Shown here piece by piece: positions 16,484 through 25,051 of a DNA stretch of 32,000 nt. The DNA is taken from assembly GCF_001412615.1 (NCBI RefSeq), contig NZ_CP013011.1, positions 1,770,001 through 1,802,000 on the forward strand, read 5' to 3'. The translations under genes were made by a program, and so were the position numbers. The notes below the pieces were generated by a model, which had not been told where the DNA came from, ran no database searches, and was given only the letters and a program-made list of their open reading frames with translations. Positions within the stretch are counted from its first letter, which is position 1. Each line of letters begins with the position of its first letter. The DNA comes from Pyrodictium delaneyi (GTDB lineage: Archaea > Thermoproteota > Thermoprotei_A > Sulfolobales > Pyrodictiaceae).

Positions 16484-16770
16484 TCTCCCCCCATTCTGCT
16501 AAACAAGTCGGCTATCACGTCTGAGCCGCGCCAAGTACGGTCAAAGAGTATCCGGGCCTCCTCTTCGAGGAGCGGTGCTAGCTCGGCAGCCACACCTAGA
16601 GGGGCTAGTGGCAGGCCCACTAGCCCACCGAGGACTAGGCTTAGAAACGCGTGTTCTAGCTCGAGCAGCTCTAGTTCCAGAGTCTCAATGCTCTGCTGTA
16701 CTAGTGCTTCGTGCATGCCGGCCAGGAATGCTTTGACCTCGTCTAGGAGTCGCCGGAGTATCTGTAGCAT
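16477..16770 (-). CDS. Hypothetical 97-aa protein, translationally coupled to the ArsA/Get3-like ATPase
   Basis: ATG start. Its stop lies inside GAGTGGTAAGG, where the GTG start of the ATPase gene overlaps the TAA (7-nt overlap). It has acidic helical ends and a hydrophobic G/L/P/A core (FLSLVLGGLVGLPLAPLGVAAELAPLL). Confidence 0.5.
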   Translation of the reverse strand: MLQILRRLLDEVKAFLAGMHEALVQQSIETLELELLELEHAFLSLVLGGLVGLPLAPLGVAAELAPLLEEEARILFDRTWRGSDVIADLFSRMGGEW

Positions 16771-16866
16771 AGGCTTAGCAGCCTCCGAGAACCGGGTGTC
16801 GCGTAGAGAAGCCCCTAGAGGGGAGGGGTAAAAACACGTGGAGAGGTTCTTTTCCGGAGCTTGTCG

Positions 16867-18666
16867 TTAGCGCTCTACAGCCTTTGCAGCCTCGGCCTTC
16901 TTGGCCTTCATGAGTCCTGTGACGTAGAGGTAGATTAGCAGGAAGTCCACTATGAGCGATATTATTACTATCGAGCCGGCGCCTATCTTCTGTATTGGCG
17001 GGTATGTTGGCAGCACCTTTACGATCCACCAGATTAGACCAGCAGTTACTGTTATCCATAGGAACCATGCAGGTATCTGTATGAACATGCTGGCTGCGCC
17101 GCGTACTCTCAGGACAGCGTAGACCCATAGAGCGGCTGTTAGTAGTGCTAGTGCTGCTAGCAGCTGGTTTGTGCCAGCGAACGCCGGCCATACTATGTTG
17201 AAGGCTGCTACCTGTTTACCGTTTATCGTCACGTTGGGGTAGCCCAGGGCCAGGCCTAGTAGCACAGCTATACCGCCGGCAACGAACCTGTTAGCGATTA
17301 TCTTGTAGGCGCTCTGGTTCCTCTCTGCTAGCCAGTCGAACATCTCCTGCCATGCGAACCTTGCTAGCCTCGTTGCGGAGTCAAGTGTGGTTAGCACGAA
17401 GGTGGCTAGTGCTATGCCGGCGAACTTGGCCATGAATACTGCTATTGTCTCACTGCCGCCGAGCGCCTGGCCCACCGTGAATCCATAGCCCAGTGTGAAG
17501 CGCTGTATCTTGTTGAGTGCAAGTATGCCCTTCTCCTGGTATGCTGCTATGACTTCAGGGCTCATTCCCATTGCCTGGAGGAAGCCTGCGAACTCTGGGT
17601 GCTGCCATGCATAGGCTATCGGTATGATGACAGCCAGGCTTGCCACAGCACCCTCTGTCAACATGCCGCCGTAACCTATTAGCAACGCGTCTAGCTCGTT
17701 GGCTAGCTGCTTGCTAGTCGTACCGCTTGCTACTACGCTGTGGAAGCCGCTGAGGGAGCCACAAGCTATGATTAGAGGTATTGCTGGCCAGAAGGGTGTA
17801 GGTACTCCGCCTAGTATCTTTGGCGCGAAGCTGGTGTACGCTGGCCCTGTTAGTCCCTCGCCTGCTATGCCCAGCGAGCCTATGATCGCGAGTGCTACGA
17901 AGCCCCATAGTAGGTATGCGTTGAGGTAGTCGCGTGGCTGTAGCAGGTACCAGACCGGAAGTATGCTGGCTATGAAGCTGTAGAGTGCTAGTAGGAGCAT
18001 CCATGTGTGGTAGGCGTCGCCAGGTATGAGGAATGGGTACTTTACAGCGAACGCTATGCCGGCTAGTAGCAGCACTATGGCTGTGAGCGTGCTAGCGGCG
18101 GGGCTTAGACGGGTACGGTAGAGCAGGATGCCTAGCAGCACCGCTATGGGCATGTAGATCATTGCCTTGGAGGCTGCTGATGGCTGTACTGCGAACAGTT
18201 TGGCGTTTACGCTGAAGAAGGCTGCTAGTACCAGTATCAGTGCTGAGTAGACGTATAGCAGGAATATGTACTTAGCCTTGCGGCCCATCACGTTCTCGGA
18301 GACGGTCATTATCGATACTCCGCCGTGCCTCACGCTGGCCATTAGTGCAAGGTAGTCGTGGACAGCACCCATGAACACGTTGCCGAAGATCACCCAGAGT
18401 ATGGGCAGTGCCCAGCCATAGGCGACGGCGATGGCTGGGCCAACTATAGGTCCGGCACCAGCTATGCTAGCGAAGTGGTGGCCGTAGAGCACATACTTGT
18501 TAGCGGGCACGTAGTCTATACCGTCAAACTTCGTATAGGCCGGAGTCTTACGCTCGGCAGAGGCCCTTACAACTCTCTTCTCTAGTATGTGGCGGCCGTA
18601 GAACACGTAGGCGGCAGCGTATACGACTAGGATGGCTAGCGCTACAATTCCTGCGGGGACTGCCAT
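16867..18666 (-). CDS. cstA: Carbon starvation protein A (CstA-family peptide/pyruvate transporter)
   Basis: 599-aa polytopic membrane ORF with characteristic CstA strings: YGHHFASIAGAGPIVGPAIA, GAVHDYLALM, CGSLSGFHSVVASGTTSKQL. Confidence 0.9.
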   Translation of the reverse strand: MAVPAGIVALAILVVYAAAYVFYGRHILEKRVVRASAERKTPAYTKFDGIDYVPANKYVLYGHHFASIAGAGPIVGPAIAVAYGWALPILWVIFGNVFMGAVHDYLALMASVRHGGVSIMTVSENVMGRKAKYIFLLYVYSALILVLAAFFSVNAKLFAVQPSAASKAMIYMPIAVLLGILLYRTRLSPAASTLTAIVLLLAGIAFAVKYPFLIPGDAYHTWMLLLALYSFIASILPVWYLLQPRDYLNAYLLWGFVALAIIGSLGIAGEGLTGPAYTSFAPKILGGVPTPFWPAIPLIIACGSLSGFHSVVASGTTSKQLANELDALLIGYGGMLTEGAVASLAVIIPIAYAWQHPEFAGFLQAMGMSPEVIAAYQEKGILALNKIQRFTLGYGFTVGQALGGSETIAVFMAKFAGIALATFVLTTLDSATRLARFAWQEMFDWLAERNQSAYKIIANRFVAGGIAVLLGLALGYPNVTINGKQVAAFNIVWPAFAGTNQLLAALALLTAALWVYAVLRVRGAASMFIQIPAWFLWITVTAGLIWWIVKVLPTYPPIQKIGAGSIVIISLIVDFLLIYLYVTGLMKAKKAEAAKAVER

Positions 18667-18672
18667 GGCTCT

Positions 18673-18894
18673 TCACCTCCTCCCGGCTGTAGGCTTTACG
18701 GATGCAGGGGCTTCGCCAAACGCTATGGCAGGGCCTATAAGAAGCATAAACCAGCCTATGAGTATTGCTATCGCATCTGGTGTCCAAGCATCTTTAGAAC
18801 CTATCTGTCCTTTACTCAGCGCGGCTATCATAGCGTAGATGAAGAGTAGAATACCAAGCGCCGTCATGGCGAGCCCTAGGGGCCTGCTGGCCAT
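18673..18894 (-). CDS. Small two-TM membrane protein immediately upstream of cstA
   Basis: 73-aa ORF with an ATG start, ending 6 nt before the cstA start. It has two hydrophobic helices (LAMTALGILLFIYAMIAAL and AIAILIGWFMLLIGPAIAF). Confidence 0.5.
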   Translation of the reverse strand: MASRPLGLAMTALGILLFIYAMIAALSKGQIGSKDAWTPDAIAILIGWFMLLIGPAIAFGEAPASVKPTAGRR

Positions 18895-18996
18895 AATGTA
18901 CCACCCTTCTTATGTCGTTAGATAGTCCCTACTCCGCCGCGGAAGGTGACACGGCTCACCCACCTTGTAAATAAAGTTATTTCTGCCTAATCGTAA

Positions 18997-19734
18997 ATGT
19001 CAGTAGAAGGTAAAAGACTGGAAATATGGAGGCAAAGGGCGGCAGAGCAATGCTGTGAGGGAGGAGCCCTGCTAGAATCGTCAGTACTAGGTCTAGCGTT
19101 CTATGCATTATTGGTAGCCTCTATGGCTTCTGTGGTCTGGTTCTTCCAGATACGCCGTACAATGATAATGCGTATGAGGGCTGTGGTAGGCATACTGGAG
19201 GACACACTAAAGCCCCGAGACAAGGAGTACACCCTCCTTGGCTATCTCGTAGGCTTCCGCGCTGTCTACCGGCTAGACAAGCCTTGGGCAACCCGTGCCT
19301 GGATCCTATACACCATGCCTCCAGGCCACATACTCTTCTATCTACCCATTATCCTACTCCAGCGGCGCCGAGACCGGCTCGAGATAACCCTAAGGCTCAC
19401 AGCTCCGCTACCCGGCGAGGCCCACATATACGATCCAAGGGATCGTGCAGTCCGCCGGCTAGTAGCGAAGGACACGGCGGAGAGCCGGGAGAGGCTACGG
19501 CAGAGGGAGCTAATGATGAAAAGCCGCCGCTACATAGCCCTCTATAGCGGCGAGGAAGCCCTGGCGAAAGCCGAGAAGCTAGCCCAGGACCTCCTAGCCC
19601 GTGGTGTAGACCTTCGCCGCGTAACTATAGACGATCGTCGCCGCGCGTTACATGTATCCCTAGTCCCCAGCCTGGAGAACCTACGAGAGGCATTAGAGAC
19701 GGTATACCGTCACGCTCGGAGACTCGCCTCCTAA
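18997..19734 (+). CDS. Hypothetical N-terminally membrane-anchored protein, Arg-rich
   Basis: 245-aa ORF with an ATG start and a TM segment (VLGLAFYALLVASMASVVWFF). I recognise no family. The codon pattern matches the neighbouring genes. Confidence 0.5.
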   Translation: MSVEGKRLEIWRQRAAEQCCEGGALLESSVLGLAFYALLVASMASVVWFFQIRRTMIMRMRAVVGILEDTLKPRDKEYTLLGYLVGFRAVYRLDKPWATRAWILYTMPPGHILFYLPIILLQRRRDRLEITLRLTAPLPGEAHIYDPRDRAVRRLVAKDTAESRERLRQRELMMKSRRYIALYSGEEALAKAEKLAQDLLARGVDLRRVTIDDRRRALHVSLVPSLENLREALETVYRHARRLAS

Positions 19735-19920
19735 ACCCTCTATGTACTTCTATAACCCCAAGACTTAACTATGGATTTGTCGTCTTTCTCAGTCTAGCGA
19801 ACCACTGGATCGGAGGCCTTGCTTTCTCCTCAACGTGCAGCGTTTCTGGGAACACTTTAGGCTCTAGGAGGACGCCTCTAGAGTCTGGGAAGGTAACGAA
19901 TCCCTGGGGTGTAGAGCGGC

Positions 19921-21240
19921 TTGTCCCGTTACGCGGTGGTTCTCGCGGCTGGGCGTGGCGAGAGACTCTGGCCGCTCACTAGTACCCGGCCTAAGCCTTT
20001 GCTCCCCCTCCCCGGCGGCGGGACGCTCCTAACCCGGCTCCTAGGCCAGCTCGGAGGCATTGTCGATGGCGTAGTAGTCGTGGTTGCGAAGGGCTGGGCC
20101 GGAGAGGCTGTGAAGAAGCTCCTTGATCAGCGGGGCTTCACGGTCTCCTACGCTGTACAGGAGGAGCCCCGTGGCACCGGGGATGCAGCCCGTGTAGGGC
20201 TCCGGGCACTCCCCCGCTCGGTAGACGAGGTGCTCCTGGTCAACGGGGACCTACTCGTCTCCCGCGGGCTCCTAGAAGCGGTAGCGTCAGCTGAGGCTCC
20301 AGCGCTCGCAGCGGTACCGAGCGAGAGGCCCTGGGAGTACGGCGTAGTCGAGGCAAATCAACAGGGCTGCCTCCAGGGGCTCCGCGAGAAACCAGTAGAC
20401 GCTAAGCCAGGGAGCCTCGTGAACACCGGAGTATACCTGGTGCCCCGTCAGCGCTTTGAGGAACTCCTCGAAGACTTGAAGCCCAGTCCCCGCGGCGAGC
20501 TAGAGGTAACAGACGCGATCGCGGCTCTTGCAGCCGAGACATGCTTCCGAGTAGTAGAAGGCCGATGGCTCTGGATGGATGTGGGCCGGCCCTGGGAGCT
20601 GATAGACGCCTACAAGGCAGTATTCATGGAGAAGATGGAGGGTCGCAGCGAGCCCCTCGTCGAGGGCGAAGTGGAGCCGGGCGCGGTGCTCCGTGGCCCC
20701 GTCTACGTTGCCCCCGATGCTGTTGTCCGGGGCCATACGGTGGTGGAGGGTCCTGCATGGATAGAGGGCGAGGCGGGACCCCTAGCGCGGTTGCGACCCT
20801 GGAGCTTCCTCCTAGAGGGCAGCAGGGCTGGCGCGCACACGGAGGTGAAGGCTAGCATACTCATGGAGGGGGCTAAGGCGCCACACCTCAATTATGTGGG
20901 CGACAGTGTGCTAGGCGAGCAGGTTAACCTCGGAGCGGGGACGGTGACTGCCAACCTCCGCTTCGACCACGCCACGGTGAAGATGACGCTGAAGGGCCGC
21001 CGTGTGGACACTGGCCGGAAGAAGCTGGGCGCGTTCCTGGGCGGTTACGCCCAGACTGGTGTAAACGTCTCCCTGTTGCCAGGTGTGCGTATTGGCGCCT
21101 ATAGCTGGGTATACCCAGGCTTAGTGGTGGCCCGTGACGTGCCCGACTGTAGCTTCGCCCGCCCCGGCCCAGAAGGAGTAGAGGTACAAAGCCTGCGAGA
21201 CAGAATAGATTGTCCAGGTCACCTTTTGGACGAAAGGTAA
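19921..21240 (+). CDS. Bifunctional-type sugar-1-phosphate nucleotidyltransferase with a C-terminal left-handed beta-helix (GlmU / ST0452-like)
   Basis: 439-aa ORF with a TTG start. The N-terminal signature is AVVLAAGRGERLWPLTSTRPKPLLPL. The C-terminal part has hexapeptide-repeat character (LNYVGDSVLGEQVNLGAGTVTANLRFD...GVNVSLLPGVRIGAYSWV). Confidence 0.85.
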   Translation: MSRYAVVLAAGRGERLWPLTSTRPKPLLPLPGGGTLLTRLLGQLGGIVDGVVVVVAKGWAGEAVKKLLDQRGFTVSYAVQEEPRGTGDAARVGLRALPRSVDEVLLVNGDLLVSRGLLEAVASAEAPALAAVPSERPWEYGVVEANQQGCLQGLREKPVDAKPGSLVNTGVYLVPRQRFEELLEDLKPSPRGELEVTDAIAALAAETCFRVVEGRWLWMDVGRPWELIDAYKAVFMEKMEGRSEPLVEGEVEPGAVLRGPVYVAPDAVVRGHTVVEGPAWIEGEAGPLARLRPWSFLLEGSRAGAHTEVKASILMEGAKAPHLNYVGDSVLGEQVNLGAGTVTANLRFDHATVKMTLKGRRVDTGRKKLGAFLGGYAQTGVNVSLLPGVRIGAYSWVYPGLVVARDVPDCSFARPGPEGVEVQSLRDRIDCPGHLLDER

Positions 21241-21303
21241 TGACACGTTGGTTTCATCTCGAGAGTAACACATAATGCAACTAGCTTTGATCGGGGTATT
21301 GTT

Positions 21304-21999
21304 TTACTGTTTCGTAGTAGCTATGAGGCTGCCTACGTCACTTCCACGGACCACCCTAGCAACGTTATCGGGGTCGCTGCCGTTGACTACTCTTACCGGG
21401 ATCTTGCTTCTCTCAACTATGGAGAGTGCTAGGGGGTCTAGTAGCTCGTAGCGGCCTGGCTCTACGCTTTGCTGGAGCACCTTTCGGAGCGTTTCATAGT
21501 CTAGCCTAGGTATGAGCTTCGCCTCGGGGCTCCTACGGGGGTCGGCAGTATAAACGCCGTCGACCGTAGTTGCTAGTACCAGGAGATCGGCGTTAAGAGC
21601 CTCTGCTAGCAGTGCAGCAACACCAGCGGTACTCTGGCCTGGCTGGAACCCGCCCGCTATGACTATTTTCCCGGTAGCGGCTGCCTCTAGGGCCTCCCAG
21701 ATACTCCGAGGAGGCTCCGGGTAAGCCTCGGGATGTAGTGCAGCAGCTAACAGCCGGGCGTTGAGCCGGGCGGCCTCGATTCCGAGCACGTCCTGAAGTG
21801 CACGGTTCACGCCTGCCTCACGCGCGGCGGCTATGTAGGCGCGTGCTACCGGGCCGCCGCCTACGACTACTGCGAGCCGGTAGCCCTCCCTATGGAGACT
21901 CCGGAAGACCTCCGCGTAGCCCTTGACCATGTTCGGCTTCTCCGGGTTGATGTGCTTCCCGCTAATCTTCACGACCACCGTGCCGGGCAATCCTGGCAC
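21304..21999 (-). CDS. pyrH: UMP kinase (archaeal type)
   Basis: 231-aa ORF with a GTG start; the true start may be a few codons downstream at VVVKISGK. Motifs: KISGK, VVVGGGPVAR, GGFQPGQSTAGVAALLAE, TVDGVYTADP. Confidence 0.9.
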   Translation of the reverse strand: MPGLPGTVVVKISGKHINPEKPNMVKGYAEVFRSLHREGYRLAVVVGGGPVARAYIAAAREAGVNRALQDVLGIEAARLNARLLAAALHPEAYPEPPRSIWEALEAAATGKIVIAGGFQPGQSTAGVAALLAEALNADLLVLATTVDGVYTADPRRSPEAKLIPRLDYETLRKVLQQSVEPGRYELLDPLALSIVERSKIPVRVVNGSDPDNVARVVRGSDVGSLIATTKQ

Positions 22000-22031
22000 G
22001 CCCCACGCGGCCCCTGGGCCGGCGGAGATTA

Positions 22032-22427
22032 ATGTGGCTCAGCGTTGCCCCGCCTACAGGGCTCAGACAGGGGCGCATAGTCTTGGCTGGAATGGTTCTC
22101 GCTGTCTTCGCGGGGTTCCTGGCTAGACTAGTATTGAGCGTAGTATTCCCGCCCCTTGCTGCTGACTTCCTTGGCGGCGCTCTAGCCGGCTTCCTAGCAG
22201 GCGGCCCCATGCATCGTGGTTTCCTGGCCGGCTTCCTTGCCGGAATACTCGGCGCCCTCTTCATAGCCATAGTCGTGACTGTCCTCGGTACGCTCTTTGC
22301 TGGCATAGTAGGGCTCCTCGCTGGCGGTGCAGTAGGTACAATGCTGGTTCTCATGGGCGTCCTCGGTGCCGTGCTCTCAGGGCTCGGTGGAGTCTTTGGC
22401 GCTCTACTACGTGGTATGCGCAGCTAG
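22032..22427 (+). CDS. Gly-zipper-rich small membrane protein (GFLAG-type repeats)
   Basis: 131-aa ORF with an ATG start. It has repeated G-x-x-x-G / GFLAG strings (FAGFLARL, LAGFLAGG, GFLAGFLAGILGALF, LLAGGAVG, LSGLGGVFGALL). The antisense ORF at 21962-22354 is Arg/Pro/Ala low complexity and was rejected. Confidence 0.5.
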   Translation: MWLSVAPPTGLRQGRIVLAGMVLAVFAGFLARLVLSVVFPPLAADFLGGALAGFLAGGPMHRGFLAGFLAGILGALFIAIVVTVLGTLFAGIVGLLAGGAVGTMLVLMGVLGAVLSGLGGVFGALLRGMRS

Positions 22428-22446
22428 GTTCAAGGGGTCGGGACGC

Positions 22447-24027
22447 GTGGCTAAGCTAGTAGTGCTGATCGATACCCCAGACAGGCCAGGGCTGCTATCA
22501 GAGATAACTGGGCTGCTACACCGGCTCGGCGCGAACCTGGTTACGAGTCTTGGTTATGCCGTGGAGGATTATGCAAGGCTCCTGCTCATAGTTGACTCGC
22601 CCCTGGAGCCTGACGAGCTAAAGGAGCGGATAGAAGAGCAGCTAGGCGAGGACGCGGAAGTCAAGGCTGCTCCATTGGGCCCGGAGGGCGCGGAGCTACT
22701 TGCAGAGTTCCTTCACGATAAACCTGGCCTTGTGAACTTGCTCGAGGTCTACCTAGAGCCCCCAGACCTTCTCGATGCACTGCTCCGCCTTCCCCGTGAT
22801 GTGAGGCGGCGGCTCTACCGTGTCCTCTCAGCCCAGAGCCTCGGAGGGATAATGCTGCTCGCTGACGAGGCTACGCTCCGCGAAATAGCTGAGTCCGTGG
22901 ACCTCGACCACCTGGCCAAGGCTATAGCTACTCTTGACCCCGACGAGGCCGTGGACGTGCTGCAGAAGCTTCCAGAGAAGCTGCGTCGCCAGCTGCTAGG
23001 CCGGCTTCCAGAGGAGCTCCGTCGGGAGGCGCTGCGGCTGCTCCGCTACCCGCCCGACACAGCAGGCGGAATAATGACGACTAGCATCCCAGTGCTGAGG
23101 GCGGGCGATACGGTGCAGCAAGCTCTACAGCTCCTCCGCCGCGGAGACCATGACGTGCGCGACACGATAATTGTGGTGGACGAGGAGGGTCACCTAGTGG
23201 GCCTCGTCACTGTAGATCAGCTTCTCCGCGCAAGCCCCAGCGAGAAACTAGAGAAGCTAGCAGTGAGGCCGAGGGCTACAGTCGAGCCGGAGGTAGACCG
23301 GGAGGAAGTCGCGAGGCTAATGCTACGCTATGACATCAACCGGCTGCCGGTAGTTGATCGTGAGGGCCGGTTCCTGGGCATAGTGACTGTAGAGGATGTG
23401 GCCGATGTGCTGGCAGAGGAGGCGGCTGAGGATATAGCCCTGCTGGGTGGCCTCGAGACGCCCAGGGAGAGGTACCTCAAAGCTAGCATATTTGACCTCT
23501 TCAAGTCCCGGCTCCCTTGGCTCCTCCTCATATACGCTATAGAGAGCGTCACGGCCAACATAATCAAGGGCTACGAGGACGTCATCCAGCGCATAGCAAT
23601 ACTTGCAGCCTTCATACCTCTAGTCATGGATACTGGGGGCAACGTGGGTAGTCAGGCTAGCTCCATGATTGTCCGTGCTCTAGCGCTCGGAGAGATCTCG
23701 GAAAGAAGCCGACACGACATAGTCTACGTTTTCCTCAAAGAGTTAGCCACAGCTACTCTCATAGGCTCGACGCTAGCACTGATAGGCTTCGGGTTCGCGA
23801 TGGTGCTAAGCGGGGGCAACTTCATGCTATCTCTATCCGTGGCGCTCACACTGCTAATAGTGACGATACTCGCTGACATAATAGGTGCAACGCTCCCAAT
23901 AATAGCTCGGAGGCTCGGCGCAGACCCTGCAGCAGTATCGGGCCCCTTCGTGACGACTATAGTAGACATAAGCGTCGCGCTAGTGTATATGGGGCTTGCT
24001 ACCCACCTAGTACTGAAAGCAGGATAG
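22447..24027 (+). CDS. mgtE: Magnesium transporter MgtE with an extra N-terminal ACT-like domain
   Basis: The track ORF starts at 22366; an in-frame GTG at 22447 (VAKLVVLIDTPDRPGLLSEITGLLHRLGANLV) avoids overlap with the upstream gene. The layout is an ACT-like beta-alpha-beta start, the MgtE N-domain (DPDEAVDVLQKLPEKLRRQLL), a CBS pair, then the TM domain (FIPLVMDTGGNVGSQASS ... DPAAVSGPFVTTIVD). Confidence 0.85.
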   Translation: MAKLVVLIDTPDRPGLLSEITGLLHRLGANLVTSLGYAVEDYARLLLIVDSPLEPDELKERIEEQLGEDAEVKAAPLGPEGAELLAEFLHDKPGLVNLLEVYLEPPDLLDALLRLPRDVRRRLYRVLSAQSLGGIMLLADEATLREIAESVDLDHLAKAIATLDPDEAVDVLQKLPEKLRRQLLGRLPEELRREALRLLRYPPDTAGGIMTTSIPVLRAGDTVQQALQLLRRGDHDVRDTIIVVDEEGHLVGLVTVDQLLRASPSEKLEKLAVRPRATVEPEVDREEVARLMLRYDINRLPVVDREGRFLGIVTVEDVADVLAEEAAEDIALLGGLETPRERYLKASIFDLFKSRLPWLLLIYAIESVTANIIKGYEDVIQRIAILAAFIPLVMDTGGNVGSQASSMIVRALALGEISERSRHDIVYVFLKELATATLIGSTLALIGFGFAMVLSGGNFMLSLSVALTLLIVTILADIIGATLPIIARRLGADPAAVSGPFVTTIVDISVALVYMGLATHLVLKAG

Positions 24028-24055
24028 GCAACGACGAGCCTGTTTCCCGGATAAC

Positions 24056-24128
24056 GGGCTGTGACGAGTGTGGCGGGCTCAAGCCCCGGGCCTTCCCGGG
24101 GGATGCAGAGAGTGGATCCGCTGAGCCC
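24056..24128 (+). ncRNA. Candidate box C/D sRNA (weak boxes, good spacing)
   Basis: GGGC-t-GTGACGA(C)-12 nt-CAAG(D'?)-hairpin CCCCGGGccttCCCGGGG-ATGCAGA(C'?)-11 nt-CTGA(D)-GCCC. A terminal 4-bp stem flanks the C and D boxes. Guide lengths of 12 and 11 nt fit the archaeal rule. The C box has one mismatch, and D' and C' are poor. Confidence 0.25.
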
Positions 24129-24184
24129 CTCTCCCCGCTCCTGGCCGTGAGCCTCTTCAAGGGTTCTCCACGGTATACGATTGT

Positions 24185-25051
24185 GTGGGGGATCTGATGG
24201 GCCGTCGTATGCACTTCGGCCCTGCCGGTAAACCGGTGGGTATGAAGCAGGGCGACTACGTGAAGGCAATTGAGTACATAAGCGGTCTAGGGCTGGACGC
24301 TATCGAGTACGAGGCTGTCCGCGGTGTACGGGTCAGCGAGGCGAAGGCTCGCGCGATACGCGAGGCGGCGGAGCGCTACAACGTAATAGTATCTATGCAT
24401 GCACCCTACTACATCAACCTAGCGGGGAGCGAGGAGACGATAAAGAAGAGTATTGAGAGACTCAAGGCCGCTCTACGGGCTGCGAGCTGGATGGGCGCCT
24501 ACGTAGTGGTCTTTCATCCGGGCTACTATCGGGATAATCCGAGCCCTCGCGACGCAGTCAGGAAGGTGATAGAGAGCCTCCGCCCAGTAGTCGAATGGAT
24601 GAAGCAGGAGGGCATTCGAGGCGTATGGCTATCGCCCGAGACTACGGGTAAGAGCAGCCAGGTGGGCAGCTTAGACGACGTGATAGAGATATGTCGTGAG
24701 CTAGAGATGTGCCGGCCCACAGTAGACTGGGCGCACCTCCACGCGAGGAGCGAGGGCAACTACATAACCAGCCTCGACCACGTGATAGACGTGATAGAGA
24801 GGATTGAGCGGGAGTTAGGCACCTGGGCGGTGAAGCCGCTCCATACGCACTTCAGCAGGATAGAGTATGGGCGGGGTGGCGAGCGCGAGCACCACACCCT
24901 CGCGGAGGAGGAGTATGGGCCCGAGTGGAGAATAGTTTGCCGTGCCTACAAGGAGACCGGGATAGAGGGAGTTGTGATATCGGAGAGCCCTATACTAGAC
25001 AAGGACGCGCTAGTCATGAAGAAGATCTGCGAGGAAGAGGGGTACATCTAG
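24185..25051 (+). CDS. nfo: Endonuclease IV-family (AP endonuclease 2 / xylose-isomerase-like TIM barrel) protein
   Basis: 288-aa ORF from GTG 24185; ATG 24209 (MHFGPAGKP) is the likelier start. Metal-ligand strings appear in Endo IV order: SMHAPYYINL, VVFHPG, SPETTG, VDWAHLHA, HTHFS, EREHH, VISESP. Confidence 0.7.
   Translation: MGDLMGRRMHFGPAGKPVGMKQGDYVKAIEYISGLGLDAIEYEAVRGVRVSEAKARAIREAAERYNVIVSMHAPYYINLAGSEETIKKSIERLKAALRAASWMGAYVVVFHPGYYRDNPSPRDAVRKVIESLRPVVEWMKQEGIRGVWLSPETTGKSSQVGSLDDVIEICRELEMCRPTVDWAHLHARSEGNYITSLDHVIDVIERIERELGTWAVKPLHTHFSRIEYGRGGEREHHTLAEEEYGPEWRIVCRAYKETGIEGVVISESPILDKDALVMKKICEEEGYI

Noticed and set aside
16775-18004. ORFs antisense to or out of frame with cstA (16775-17191, 17699-17929, 17714-18004), and likewise 18358-18838
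   Set aside because: The CstA frame is continuous and carries family motifs. The alternative frames are Arg/Ser/Pro/His-rich with no features.
21962-22354. 130-aa minus-strand ORF opposite the Gly-rich membrane protein
   Set aside because: It is an extreme Arg/Pro/Ala repeat (ARKPARKPR...), the reverse-complement artefact of GGC/GCC-rich Gly/Ala codons. It would also overlap the pyrH start.
23724-24269. 181-aa minus-strand ORF spanning the mgtE 3' end and the following spacer
   Set aside because: It is Pro/Arg/Ser-rich without motifs. It overlaps the well-supported MgtE TM domain and the start of the Endo IV-like gene.
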